A DNA stretch of 63,151 nt, the filler included. It is 4 parts of 4 records of this genome, joined end to end, with 100 filler letters (N's around TTAATTAATTAA, not from the genome) between each part and the next. Parts side by side here need not be neighbours in the genome. Positions count along the whole stretch, not along the records: positions 1 to 29,523 come from DRR723986_4631; positions 29,624 to 51,165 come from DRR723986_4635; 2 more parts are not named here. One strand, written 5' to 3'. Positions within the stretch are counted from its first letter, which is position 1; every line of letters begins with the position of its first letter. The notes under the pieces are model-generated. The model worked only from the letters and a program-made list of their open reading frames with translations. It was not told the DNA's origin and ran no database searches. A program made the translations under genes and the position numbers. Shown here piece after piece: positions 28,485 through 38,787 of this stretch.

Positions 28485-29522
28485 TTAACGACCCATGCGG
28501 CGCAGGGCTGCTGTCGAGAAGTCGGCAGGCGTGTACTTCTTGCCAAACTCGGCAAACTTTTCCTCGTTGGTCAAACCACCCACCAGGTAGCGGCGAGACT
28601 GCAAGTCGTAAATAACCTCACCGGCAGACGCAAACGCAGGTGCATGGTAAGCCTGTGTGCCGTACACCTCACGAACACGCCACAGAGTGTTGCGGCTGTC
28701 GTACTGGTCAGCGTGCAATACACCCCATGAGTCTTCATCAATGTAGAACACGCGTTTGGCATAGATATGGCGCTTGCCGGGCTTCAGTGTGGCCTCAACC
28801 ACCCAAACGCGGTGCAACTCATAGCGCACCAAATCAGGATTCACGTGGCTTTTCTGGATGATGTTGCTGTACTTCAAGGTTTGATCAGCCAGCTTGTAGT
28901 TGTTGTAAGGCACGTACATTTCTTTCTTGCCCACCAACTTCCACTCATAACGGTCTGGGGAGCCGTTAAAGCCGTTCAAGTCGTCGTTGGTACGCAGGCC
29001 ATCTGCGCCAATACCGGGTGAGTCGTAAGCCAGTTCAGGCGCACGAATGACACGACGTTGTCCGGGGTTGTACTGCCAGGCCAAGCGCGGCTCAGCCACC
29101 TGATTAATCGGTTCATGCACCAAAGCAACTTCACCAGCCGCGTTGGCTGGCGCAGTAATCTGGTTCATGAAGTACAAAATCCGGTTAGGCTCTGGGCTGT
29201 CCATGTGAGAGGCCAAGGACACGGTCTCGATTCGCTTGCCCACTGTGAATGATCCATCGGTCTGAACCGGGAAATCTGCGGAGTAGCGAGTGAATGAACC
29301 ACCCAAATCGCGGAAGTTATGATTCCAGATCACCTCAACACCGCTCTTGGGCACGGGGAAAGGAATGTTGGACTTCTTGATGCCTTCCACGCCATTGCCG
29401 CCATCGACCAGCTTCACATTCGGTGCTTCAGCCTTTGCGTTGTCATAGACTGACTGGCGATACCCGGCTGTACGGTGTGTTTTGTACACATTCATTTTGT
29501 AAGTGGGGTAACGCTTCATCAT
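28485..29522 (-). CDS. DUF1329 family protein (5'-truncated at contig end)
   Basis: PFPVPKSG.EVIWNH, WQYNPGQRRVIRAP, RYELHRVWVVEATLKPG.RHIYAKR. Confidence 0.85.
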   Translation of the reverse strand: MMKRYPTYKMNVYKTHRTAGYRQSVYDNAKAEAPNVKLVDGGNGVEGIKKSNIPFPVPKSGVEVIWNHNFRDLGGSFTRYSADFPVQTDGSFTVGKRIETVSLASHMDSPEPNRILYFMNQITAPANAAGEVALVHEPINQVAEPRLAWQYNPGQRRVIRAPELAYDSPGIGADGLRTNDDLNGFNGSPDRYEWKLVGKKEMYVPYNNYKLADQTLKYSNIIQKSHVNPDLVRYELHRVWVVEATLKPGKRHIYAKRVFYIDEDSWGVLHADQYDSRNTLWRVREVYGTQAYHAPAFASAGEVIYDLQSRRYLVGGLTNEEKFAEFGKKYTPADFSTAALRRMGR

Positions 29523-29523
29523 T

Positions 29524-29623
29524 NNNNNNNNNNNNNNNNNNNNNNNNNNNNNNNNNNNNNNNNNNNNTTAATTAATTAANNNNNNNNNNNNNNNNNNNNN
29601 NNNNNNNNNNNNNNNNNNNNNNN
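29524..29623. other. Artificial contig linker
   Basis: 44 N + TTAATTAATTAA + 44 N. Confidence 0.98.
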
Positions 29624-29707
29624 AGCGGAGATTCCCATAGCGAAGGCGACTGGAACGCCCAGAACAACACTGATGCCAAATACGCCCAGCAGGATTGCGA
29701 GACCCAT
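29624..29707 (-). CDS. TRAP large permease DctM, N-terminal fragment cut by contig end
   Basis: MGLAILLGVFGISVVLGVPVAFAMGISA immediately after dctQ. Confidence 0.7.
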
Positions 29708-29708
29708 T

Positions 29709-30239
29709 TCAGATTACCTTTTCGTTTTCGTAGATCTCGCCGCGCATCAGGGAGCGTCCCCTCAAAAGGACCCGAGCTCCGGCAAACACAATCATCAACC
29801 CGCCGCATAAAACGGCTGACAGGGTTCTGAAACTTTCGGGAATGTTCAGCATCGGCAGCCGCGTGGACCAGCCGAACTCAAAAAGCTCAACGCATGCCGA
29901 CAGCATGACTGCGCCGAAAATGGCAAGGCAAAGGTCAGTCAACAGAAGAAGAGCTTGACGGATGCGTGCTGGCAGTGCGTCCCGAAGGAATGTAACCCCC
30001 AGATGTGATTGTTCATGGATCCCGATCGCTGCTCCGAGAAACGTGATGTAGCAAATCAACAGGAGTGCGAGCTGTTCGACCCAGGTGGGTGTCTGATTGA
30101 GAACGTAGCGCCCGAACACCAGCCAGCCAAAGGTCGCAACCAGCACGACCAAAGCGACAGACCCCACCAAAACACAAAGGCGTTTCAGGTGGTCCAGCCA
30201 GATTTCAAGCTGATCCCAGACATTCAGTGCGTTCGGCAT
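29709..30239 (-). CDS. TRAP small permease DctQ
   Basis: VFGRYVLNQTPTWVEQ, SHLGV, 4 TM segments. Confidence 0.88.
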   Translation of the reverse strand: MPNALNVWDQLEIWLDHLKRLCVLVGSVALVVLVATFGWLVFGRYVLNQTPTWVEQLALLLICYITFLGAAIGIHEQSHLGVTFLRDALPARIRQALLLLTDLCLAIFGAVMLSACVELFEFGWSTRLPMLNIPESFRTLSAVLCGGLMIVFAGARVLLRGRSLMRGEIYENEKVI

Positions 30240-30303
30240 TGAAGCGGCTCCAGAACCTGCAGAGCCTTGCCGGAGGAGTTGGCAAGGCCCTGCGGCAACA
30301 GTG

Positions 30304-31296
30304 TTACTGTGCGTTTCTGAACAGGTCGACCAGTTCGGTGAGGTTCGGGTTCTGTGCCAGGAAGGCATCATACACCGGAGCCATCGCCGCCTGGAACGCG
30401 GCCTTGTCCTCAACGGTATTCACAGCGACACCACCTTCTTCAACCTTGGCCATGCTCGCGGCCTCTCGTTTCTGCCAGAGCTCGCGTTGCAATGCCGTAC
30501 TATTGCGACCGGCTTCCCTGACGATTTCCTGCTGCTCGGGCGTCAGGGCGTCAAAGGTCTTTTTGCTCATGCACAGGCACTCGGGAATGATGAGATGCTC
30601 TGTCAGGGAATAGAACTTGGCAACTTCAAAGTGGTTGGTGGATTCATAGGAAGGCGGATTGTTTTCCGCGCCGTCCACGACGCCCGTCTTGATGGCCTGA
30701 TACACTTCGGCAAATGCCATCGGCGTTGCATTACCGCCCATGGAGTCCACCATGCCGACGAAGAGGTCATTGTTCATGACGCGAATTTTCATGCCCGTCA
30801 GGTCTTCCGGCTCCTGGATGGACTTGACCGAGGTGTAGAAGGAGCGGGCGCCGGCGTCATAGTAGCCAAGTGCGACAATTCCCTTTGCCTCAAGCCCCTT
30901 GCTCAGCGCGGCTCCGGCCTCACCGTCCATGAGTTCGTACATCTGCGGAACGCTCTTGAAGATGAACGGCAGTGAGACGACGTTGGCTTCCGGAACAACC
31001 TGACCCATCGGCCCGAGGCTGAAGACGCCAAAGTCGACTACGCCAAGACGGGTCTGCTCGATGGCATCAGGCTGCGAGCCAAGCACTCCACCGTGAAAGA
31101 CCTTGCCAGTGATCTCACCGTTAGTTTTTTCTGAGACCTCTTCGGCAAAGGCTTCCATGCCATGTGAAACCGGGTAGTCCTCTACGTGGATGTTCCATCC
31201 GCGCAGTTCCTTGGCCTCGGCGGAGATGATGGCCGTGGACGTTGCTATTGCCGCAGCGAAGGCGATGCTGAGTTTGAATGATTTCAATGCGGTCAT
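30304..31296 (-). CDS. TRAP substrate-binding protein (sugar-acid type DctP)
   Basis: YDAGARSFY, GMKIRV, EVYQAIKTGVVDGAENN. Confidence 0.92.
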   Translation of the reverse strand: MTALKSFKLSIAFAAAIATSTAIISAEAKELRGWNIHVEDYPVSHGMEAFAEEVSEKTNGEITGKVFHGGVLGSQPDAIEQTRLGVVDFGVFSLGPMGQVVPEANVVSLPFIFKSVPQMYELMDGEAGAALSKGLEAKGIVALGYYDAGARSFYTSVKSIQEPEDLTGMKIRVMNNDLFVGMVDSMGGNATPMAFAEVYQAIKTGVVDGAENNPPSYESTNHFEVAKFYSLTEHLIIPECLCMSKKTFDALTPEQQEIVREAGRNSTALQRELWQKREAASMAKVEEGGVAVNTVEDKAAFQAAMAPVYDAFLAQNPNLTELVDLFRNAQ

Positions 31297-31832
31297 GAGT
31301 TCCTCCCTGATTGACCAGGCAAGACGATACGCATTTTACAATTTTTTACAAGTTGATTTTTTTACCGAACAACTTTTCATGCTAATCGGCCTTAATATAT
31401 TGAAAAACAATTTCCTTTCCGATTTCCTTCAAGACTCTTCTTTCGATTCTTCCGCTAAAGCTGGGCGATTCAATCGATTTATTTTGCGGTCATTACGATG
31501 CTTGCAGTGGCAACCCGCCTGCCAATTGGTGATTTAGTCGTGGTTTGAACTACAAGTTACAACTTATCTCACCGGCCACGCTAAACCGTGTCGTCGGCAG
31601 ATGTGAAATTGCTTCGGTAGTAAAAAGGGGAATATAGATGTTTCCTGAGTTCTATCAGGGTGATGGCCATTTTCTCATAGCCTTCCTTGGTAGGGTCGAT
31701 CTGGCTAACCATGCTTATTCGGACCTATTTTGCAGACATTGGAATCTTACAAATTATTGACAAATTATGCTTCCGGGATTAGTCGTTCCAAAGCCACGAC
31801 AGTTCAGAACTCAGATATGACGGAGCCTATAA

Positions 31833-32549
31833 ATGTCAGATCTCGATGATGCGACCCATGACAGACTAATGAAAGTTAGCTCCGCCACTCTCACAACAGT
31901 GATGTTCAAGAGGGGCTTGAAGAACATCTTTCTGCAGGGGGTAATCCGACTTCGCCCCGGCCCCAATATGGTCGGCCCGGCTTTCACTCTCAGATACATT
32001 CCAGCGAGAGAAGATCTGGACCACCTGGACTCTTTCGCAGATCGCAATAACGCACAGCGAAGGGGCGTTGAAGAATGCCCTGCCGGCGCCGTGTTCATGA
32101 TCGACTCACGAATGGATGCTTCCGCGGCTTCGGCCGGTTGCATCCTGGCCACGCGGCTTCAGTCCCGGGGATGCCGGGGGATCGTTACGGATGGCGGTTT
32201 CCGGGATACGCCCGACATCGCTAACCTCGAAATGCCAGCCTATCACACCCGCCCGAGTGCGCCGACAAATTTGACCAAGCACCACGCTGTTGCCGTCAAC
32301 GATCCGATCGCCTGTGGTGGTGTTTCAGTGTTTCCCGGAGATATCATTGTCGGCGACAATGAGGGGGTTGTCTGCATTCCTCGCCACATGGCAAAGGATG
32401 TTGCAGATGAAGCCCTAGAGATGACTGTATTCGAAGACTTCGTTCTGGATATGGTCAAAGATGGGGCATCTACCTTCGGCCTTTACCCGCCGACGGATCC
32501 TTCAACCAAAGACAGGTTCAAATCGTGGCGTCAGGGAAACGGCAAATAA
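31833..32549 (+). CDS. RraA/HMG-aldolase family protein
   Basis: GPAFTLRYIPARED, DGGFRD, PGDIIVGDNEGVV.IP. Confidence 0.85.
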   Translation: MSDLDDATHDRLMKVSSATLTTVMFKRGLKNIFLQGVIRLRPGPNMVGPAFTLRYIPAREDLDHLDSFADRNNAQRRGVEECPAGAVFMIDSRMDASAASAGCILATRLQSRGCRGIVTDGGFRDTPDIANLEMPAYHTRPSAPTNLTKHHAVAVNDPIACGGVSVFPGDIIVGDNEGVVCIPRHMAKDVADEALEMTVFEDFVLDMVKDGASTFGLYPPTDPSTKDRFKSWRQGNGK

Positions 32550-32575
32550 TCACGACAACTTTTAATGACGGGAAT

Positions 32576-33256
32576 ATGCGGGATCGGACCTTGTCCGACC
32601 GGGCTTACGAAAACATTCTCGCAAAAATAATGGATGGCGATATCCCGGTAGGTGGGAAACTGCCAACAGAACAGGTCCTATGTAATGAATTCGGAATTTC
32701 CCGACCGGTGCTACGACAGGCACTGAAGCAATTACGTGAAGACGATGTCATAGTTTCGCGCCAGGGATCAGGCTCGTTTGTTAAACGTCGACCTGAAGGT
32801 GCTGTTCGCGATTTTGCGCCAGTTGGTTCAATTGCTGATATTCAGAGAACGTTTGAGTTTAGAGCGGCCATTGAGGGCGAAGCAGCCTTTTTCGCAGCTC
32901 AGCGCCGGACTGACGCCAACCTTTCGGAAATGCGCAATGCTTTGGAAGAACTCGATCGCTGCATCAAAGAAGGCGAGCTGGGCGTTGCGGCGGATGAGGC
33001 GTTTCACGTCGCCGTCTGTAACGCGGCCGACAATAAATATTTCGCGGCAGCTAGATCCTCCATGCAGTCGAACATACTGACGGGAATGAATCTTACCCGT
33101 AACTTGTCGCTAACCAAACCCCAAACGCGCATGAGACTCGTTCAATCAGAACATTATCAAATCTTCGATGCCATCAATAGGTCAGCGCCGGAGTCTGCCC
33201 GAAAGGCAATGCGTGACCATGTCGAAAACGCCAGGAAGAGAATCTTTGAAGGGTAA
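32576..33256 (+). CDS. FadR/GntR regulator
   Basis: KLPTE, FGISRPVLRQAL, RQGSGSFV, DEAFH, EH. Confidence 0.9.
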   Translation: MRDRTLSDRAYENILAKIMDGDIPVGGKLPTEQVLCNEFGISRPVLRQALKQLREDDVIVSRQGSGSFVKRRPEGAVRDFAPVGSIADIQRTFEFRAAIEGEAAFFAAQRRTDANLSEMRNALEELDRCIKEGELGVAADEAFHVAVCNAADNKYFAAARSSMQSNILTGMNLTRNLSLTKPQTRMRLVQSEHYQIFDAINRSAPESARKAMRDHVENARKRIFEG

Positions 33257-33499
33257 GCTGAAGTAGGAAAACTTAGCGCTTCCCACAAATAAGTCAGCGG
33301 ACAGCTTTTCTCCGCTCTTAGAGCCGCATTCAGGCTTCGTTTACCATTGCAAATCCGAAGAGTTCTGCAAGTCGACCTCTCTTTTCGCGGACCCCCACTG
33401 ACCGGTACAACCGAAACCCCAGTTGGCCACATCTTTGCTTCAATACCGGCAATGGATTTTCTGGCTGAGTGTTGCCCGTGCCATTACGACTAGACCACC

Positions 33500-33892
33500 C
33501 CCGCCATCACCGATTGATCTTTCCGAGGACATGCTCAAGAGAGACCAAAAAACGTCGGCCTGAAGCGCAGCATTCAAGAATGCCGGGTGATGGATGCAGG
33601 TGACTTTCCTGATCCAGACAACCATTTTGATAAAGTTTTCGCCATGCATTTGATTACCGTCGCACCTGCCCCGAACAAGCTGCTCCGGGAACTCGAGCGC
33701 GTCACAAAAAACAGGTGGGACCGTCATTTTCGTCAACCATTTCTCAGCGAACACAGGTTATCGATCGATGCTAGAACAGAGACTGAAGTGCTTCGGTCAC
33801 CGCTCGGCAAAATCCATTTGCCGCTCGAGTGCGAGGAAACCCTTCCGCCCTTCAAGCTTTTCACGCTGATGCGGTTTCGCAAGCCTGCCTGA
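33500..33892 (+). pseudogene. Degraded SAM-dependent methyltransferase (PmtA-like)
   Basis: IDLSEDMLKR (33513) is out of frame with MDAG...FDKVFAMHLITV.P.P..LLRELERV...FTLMRFRK. Confidence 0.55.
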
Positions 33893-33910
33893 TACACCGT
33901 GGCGCGGCCG

Positions 33911-34852
33911 TCAACACTCTTCAATTTTAGCTGGGCTCAGGCCGATCTCGTTGTCCCAGTAGGGCAATACGGGGTCAAAGACCTCGACCAGATGATCAAT
34001 CAGATAGCGCGCGGCGCGCGGAATCAGTTGCCTGCTCGGGAACTGGATTTGAAGCGACTTGGACGGCATCTCGAAACCCGGCAGGAGCCGTATCAGTTCG
34101 CCGCTGGCGAGAAAACTGCTCGCGACAAATGTCGGAAGCCGCCCGATGCCGCCTCCCGCAACAAGAGCCGAACACAGCGCTTCGCTGTTGTTTAGCTTCA
34201 GGTTTCCGGAAACACGGATTTCTTGCGGCCCCAGATCAGACCTGAATTCCCAGACATCCATGTTGTCGGAATAGGAGAAGAACACACAGTTGCGGGTGCT
34301 GAGGTCCACTGGACTGGCTGGAGCGCCATGCCGCGAGACATAGTCCGGGGAGGCGCAAATGACACTGCGAAGCGGCGCCAACTTGCGCACTATCTGAGCG
34401 GAATCGGGCAAATCTCCGGTCCGCAACGCGAGGTCGAAATTGCCATCGATCGAGGTCATCATACGATCGTCGAGCGTAAGGTCCACACGCAGTTTCGGGT
34501 GCAAGGCGAGAAATCCGGGCAGCCGGGGCACGAGATGGCGGCTGCCGAAGGACATCGGGGCGAGAATGCGGATCTCGCCGACGGCCTCGTTGCCGTAGAG
34601 CGCCGCTTCCCGTTCCGCTGACTGGACATGATGCACGGCCTCGGTAGCGTGAACGAAATAGCGGTTGCCGGCATCGGTGAGCGCGAGCTTGCGTGTGCTG
34701 CGCTGCAGGAGCTGAATCCCCAGGCGTTTCTCCAGTTGGGTCACTCTGCGGCTGACAGCGGATTTGGTGACGCCCAGACGGTCTGCCGCTTTGGAGAAGC
34801 TGCCTTGCTCGATGACGGCCACAAACACCGCAAAGTCGGGAATTGTTTCCAT
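33911..34852 (-). CDS. LysR regulator (CrgA-like)
   Basis: SFSKAA..LGVTKSAVSRRV..LE, RSTRKL, CASPDY. Confidence 0.92.
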   Translation of the reverse strand: METIPDFAVFVAVIEQGSFSKAADRLGVTKSAVSRRVTQLEKRLGIQLLQRSTRKLALTDAGNRYFVHATEAVHHVQSAEREAALYGNEAVGEIRILAPMSFGSRHLVPRLPGFLALHPKLRVDLTLDDRMMTSIDGNFDLALRTGDLPDSAQIVRKLAPLRSVICASPDYVSRHGAPASPVDLSTRNCVFFSYSDNMDVWEFRSDLGPQEIRVSGNLKLNNSEALCSALVAGGGIGRLPTFVASSFLASGELIRLLPGFEMPSKSLQIQFPSRQLIPRAARYLIDHLVEVFDPVLPYWDNEIGLSPAKIEEC

Positions 34853-34958
34853 TTCAAACTCATTGTTGAATCCTGATCAACCAATAGTCAATCTATCGCT
34901 ATATAGTAAACATTAGTGTCAATAATAGATTGCAGTGGAACCGATCTTGGAGGGTTTC

Positions 34959-35897
34959 ATGGCAATGATCACAACAACCAGTCAGGCTCAAGCGTCAGCC
35001 ATTCCGCTGATTGTTCTTGTCGGCACACTGGTGGGCGGCAATTTCGCATTGGCCAAATACGTCGTGACGAACGGCATCTCGCCCCTCGTTCTGTTCGAGT
35101 GGCAGGTCCTCGGCGCAGGACTGGCCCTTTTCTTCATTCTTGCTGTCAGATTTCGTTCAGACCTTGTAATCCTCGGCTCCCGCCCGGTGCTCATTTACAG
35201 TCTCGTCAATGGGCTGCTCGGCGTGTCCATTCCGCAAATGCTCAGCTATTTCGCCTTGCAGCAGGTGCCTGCCGGCCTGTTTACGGTGCTGATCACGTTG
35301 TCGCCACTGCTGACCTTTTGCCTGTCATCGCTGGCAGGAAGGAAACTGCTGCCAATGCGCAGGTTGCTGGGGATCCTGATCGGCCTTGCCGGTGTCACAG
35401 TCGCGACCGCCGACTGGGAAGCGTCCACCAACGCGGGCTTTCTGTGGCTCCTGGCCGCCGCCTTGACCCCGTTTTTCCTGGCACTCACCAATGTCTACCG
35501 GGAACGTGCCATGCCAGCAGGCGCCAATCCGCTCGCCCTAGCCGCCGGTACCCTTCTGTCGCAAGCAATCCTGTTCATGCCCGTGACACTGTTTCCAGAT
35601 GGCGGACAACTGCCATTGCAAGATCAGGGTCGCCTTCACCTGGCAGTGCTGTGCCTTTGCGCCGTAACTGCGCTCAGCTACGTGCTGACATTCGAGCTAT
35701 ATCGGCGCACGGACGGTGTGGGCTTCAGTCAGGTCGGCTATTTTGTGACGCTTTCGGGCATCGCGATGGGGGCTTTCTTTTTCGGCGAGCCCATCAGGCC
35801 TTGGTTCGCCTTTTCGGTTCTTCTGCTGTTTCTCGGAATGGCCCTGTCCAATGGACATCTCTCGACGCCGCACCGCAGGGTCCCCGGCGGCGACTAA
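34959..35897 (+). CDS. DMT/EamA family transporter
   Basis: ~10 TM segments, LSPLLT, FFFGEP; divergent from the LysR gene. Confidence 0.85.
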   Translation: MAMITTTSQAQASAIPLIVLVGTLVGGNFALAKYVVTNGISPLVLFEWQVLGAGLALFFILAVRFRSDLVILGSRPVLIYSLVNGLLGVSIPQMLSYFALQQVPAGLFTVLITLSPLLTFCLSSLAGRKLLPMRRLLGILIGLAGVTVATADWEASTNAGFLWLLAAALTPFFLALTNVYRERAMPAGANPLALAAGTLLSQAILFMPVTLFPDGGQLPLQDQGRLHLAVLCLCAVTALSYVLTFELYRRTDGVGFSQVGYFVTLSGIAMGAFFFGEPIRPWFAFSVLLLFLGMALSNGHLSTPHRRVPGGD

Positions 35898-35941
35898 GGC
35901 AGCAGCTGCTGTAAATCATCACTCGTTTCAGGAGATACACA

Positions 35942-36318
35942 ATGCAGATCACCGATTTTACTGACGCCCCGCACCGCGATCTCGTAGCCGCGCTCTATTC
36001 CGCAGTCGACAATCTTGACGCAGTGGCAATTGGTAGGCTCGTCACCCGGGACGTGCGGTTCCGTTTGGGTAATTTTGATGAATTGCGCGGAAAACCGGCT
36101 CTGATCGACGCCAACAACGCTTTTTTCGGCACGATTTCAGCCATGCCCACACAATCGATGACATCGGGTCCGAAGGCCAGACGGTCTATTGCACCGGGTC
36201 GGTTCACTATACGCGTCAGGACGACAGCAAACTCACCTTACCTTTTGCAACGAGGCTGAAGCTGGAAGGTGGACAAATTGCCGACTACCGCGTGTATGTG
36301 GACGTTTCCCCCTTGTGA
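35942..36318 (+). pseudogene. SnoaL/NTF2-like protein with a single-base frameshift near 36146
   Basis: After ...GTISAM the alternate frame reads HTIDDIGSEGQTVYCTGSVHYTRQDDSKLTLPFA...IADYRVYVDVSPL*. Confidence 0.75.
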
Positions 36319-36389
36319 GGATTGCGGGCCGTAGGGCCTGTCCCCCGGCCCGTATGTCATTTTTCTTCGCCTTCAGAGATCGTTTACTC

Positions 36390-36530
36390 TTATTCGAGTT
36401 CAACGCCGAGGTATCGGGCGGTGCTGTCCAACTTTGTGTGGCCGACAAGCAGCTGTACCGCTCGCAGATTGCCGGTCTTTTTTGAGAGTTGGTCGACCTT
36501 CCTCCGCCTGATGGAATGCGTGCCATATCC
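36390..36530 (-). pseudogene. Tyrosine recombinase/integrase C-terminal remnant
   Basis: Minus-strand translation GYGTHSIRRRK...KKTGNLRAVQLLVGHTKLDSTARYLGVELE* (HxxR, GH, catalytic Y). Confidence 0.8.
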
Positions 36531-36589
36531 CAATTGAATTCAAAACGAGAGGCACATTTAACTCGATCAATTGACTCTCAGCTCAATTT

Positions 36590-36690
36590 TATGATCCATA
36601 AATCATATTTATTCATTATGACCCATGCATCATAACGAAAATATATGATCTATTAGTCATATTGACTTATTATGATCCTGAAATCATAAT
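36590..36690 (+). promoter_or_regulatory. hipBA promoter with four TATGA-N8-TCATA operators at exactly 27-bp period
   Basis: Operators start at 36590, 36617, 36644, 36671; TTGACT (36662)-N17-CATAAT (36685). Confidence 0.85.
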
Positions 36691-36708
36691 CTAAAAAGGA
36701 GTCAATAT

Positions 36709-36960
36709 ATGAAACAGTTAGCGCGAACACCCAAAGACATAGGCCACGCCATTCGCGAAGCGCGAAAGGAACAAAGGCTATCTCAAACAGAACTCGCCTC
36801 AAAAAGCGGCCTGTGGCAGGAAACCATTTCCAAGATAGAGAATGGCGTCGCGAGCACCAAGCTGGAAACGCTTTTTGACCTGCTGGCGGCTCTGGATCTT
36901 GAGATCCAGGTGCAACCGCGCAGCAAAGGTGTGCGCTCCTCTATGGAGGACTTGTTCTAA
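36709..36960 (+). CDS. hipB: HipB-like XRE antitoxin
   Basis: HTH LSQTELA..SGLWQETISKIENG; directly before hipA. Confidence 0.85.
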   Translation: MKQLARTPKDIGHAIREARKEQRLSQTELASKSGLWQETISKIENGVASTKLETLFDLLAALDLEIQVQPRSKGVRSSMEDLF

Positions 36961-38262
36961 ATGGGACGCCGGCGAAGCTATCACCCTTTGAACGTGTTCA
37001 TGAATACGCGCCATACTGGCACGCTTACGCGTGAGAGCACGGGTGCCATCAGCTTCGCTTACGACAAGACTTGGCTGGATTGGGAAAATGCTATGCCCGT
37101 TTCCCTTTCTTTGCCTCTTCGCAAGGATCGGTATATCGGCGCACCTGTGATGGCCGTATTCGACAACCTGCTTCCAGACAACGACGACATTCGAAAGCGC
37201 GTTGCCGAGCGCGCCGGTGCGCAGGGCACGGATGCTTACAGCATGCTCTCGGAATTAGGACGTGACTGTATCGGCGCACTGCAATTCTTACCAGATGGGG
37301 AAGAACCGCATGCGACTGGCAAACTGAGCGGAGAAATAGTCAGTGAAGATCAGATCGAAGAGGTATTAAACAATCTAGATGTTGCACCACTTGGCATCCG
37401 CAAAGAGCGAGACTTCAGGATGTCCGTGGCGGGTGCGCAAGAAAAAACCGCGCTGCTCTATCATGAGGGTCAATGGATTGAACCATCGGGAACGACACCG
37501 ACAACACACATCATCAAGCCGCAGATCGGCAAGCTGCCGAACGGCATGGATTTATCGGACAGCGTTGAAAACGAATATCTGTGCCTGAAACTCCTTGAGG
37601 CGTTTGGCTTTCGCACAGCCAATGTCGAAATGGCGACGTTTGGAAAACGCAAAGCTCTTGTTGTCGAGAGGTTTGATCGCCTTTGGGCGAAGGATGGCCG
37701 ACTGATCCGCCTGCCACAGGAAGACTTCTGTCAGGTGCTTTCGATTCCGCCGACCCGAAAATATCAAAATGAGGGCGGTCCCGGCATCGTTGACATTATC
37801 GACAGAATGCGGGGAAGCGATGAGCCAACGCAGGATCGGCGAGACTTTTTCAAAGCGAACATTCTGTTCTGGCTGATGGGCGCTACGGATGGCCATGCGA
37901 AGAATTTCAGTATTGCGCTTATGCCCGGTGGCCGCTTTCGCATGACACCGCTTTACGACGTGCTAACTGTGCAGCCAACCTATGATCAAGGCCAGATCCA
38001 GCGGAATGATTTCAAGCTGGCCATGCGCTTTGGCAAATCTAACCATTACAAGATCGAAAACATCCATGGACGCCATATTGTCGAAACGGGTGTCCAAGGC
38101 GGTTTATCAAAGGATGCCATAGGAAACTTATTCGAAGAGCTTCATCAGGACGCACCGAAGGCCATCGAAAAAACGATAAAGGAACTTCCGAACGGATTTC
38201 CGGCTGCTTTGATTGAGTCAGTTCAAGGGGCAATTTCAGACCGACTGAAGCGGCTGGACTAA
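36961..38262 (+). CDS. hipA: HipA serine/threonine kinase toxin
   Basis: FDNLLPD, SVAGAQEK, PTTHIIKP, ERFDR, QEDFCQ, DGHAKNFS, PLYD. Confidence 0.95.
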   Translation: MGRRRSYHPLNVFMNTRHTGTLTRESTGAISFAYDKTWLDWENAMPVSLSLPLRKDRYIGAPVMAVFDNLLPDNDDIRKRVAERAGAQGTDAYSMLSELGRDCIGALQFLPDGEEPHATGKLSGEIVSEDQIEEVLNNLDVAPLGIRKERDFRMSVAGAQEKTALLYHEGQWIEPSGTTPTTHIIKPQIGKLPNGMDLSDSVENEYLCLKLLEAFGFRTANVEMATFGKRKALVVERFDRLWAKDGRLIRLPQEDFCQVLSIPPTRKYQNEGGPGIVDIIDRMRGSDEPTQDRRDFFKANILFWLMGATDGHAKNFSIALMPGGRFRMTPLYDVLTVQPTYDQGQIQRNDFKLAMRFGKSNHYKIENIHGRHIVETGVQGGLSKDAIGNLFEELHQDAPKAIEKTIKELPNGFPAALIESVQGAISDRLKRLD

Positions 38263-38787
38263 GACACGTCCCAACTCACGCACAATGTTGGCAAGCTAGT
38301 CTCGATAATTCCAAATGCCAGTCGATCCAATTGATTGGCAGATACAAGTCGATACTCACGTTCTTCGAAAACTTAGGTATCTTTCTCTGAATTCGATACG
38401 AAGTTCAGTTCAGACTTTTAACTCGCCGTTTTTTGCATTGAGCGTTGTAAGATGAATGGTCGTGTTCTCCAACGAAACGCGATTTACGGTGCTGTTCGGC
38501 TTACAAAGTCGCGAGCACGAAAGGCTGCACGGAGTATTGTCCTTAGAACGCTTTTCTACATGCATTTTCGGATAATCTTCCTTGCAGGGAGAAGTTTAAC
38601 TTATCTCTTTTCTGCCGAGCCCCGGCGTCCTGAGAACGACTGATGTACTTGCTTACCTAGTTAATGTGGATTGCATTTGGGACGTCGACAAGGTTGTCTT
38701 CTCGAGTGCATATGTGATTTAGTCTGCCGATACATTTACACCCGAAGTGACTTGTCTTCGGATTTTTAAGATTGAGTACTTAACCTG

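Noticed and set aside
29572-29808. ORFs running into N-runs (also 50436-51221, 51218-51850, 56592-56933, 56600-57133)
   Set aside because: Their ends come from the artificial linker; only the real portions were annotated
36590-36688. 27-bp periodic repeats as CRISPR or iterons
   Set aside because: Units are palindromic half-sites with 9-bp gaps overlapping a promoter; no cas or rep gene; explained as hip operators
38263-38787. 525-bp spacer after hipA as a possible ncRNA or third TA gene
   Set aside because: No convincing ORF, repeat or stable structure seen by eye
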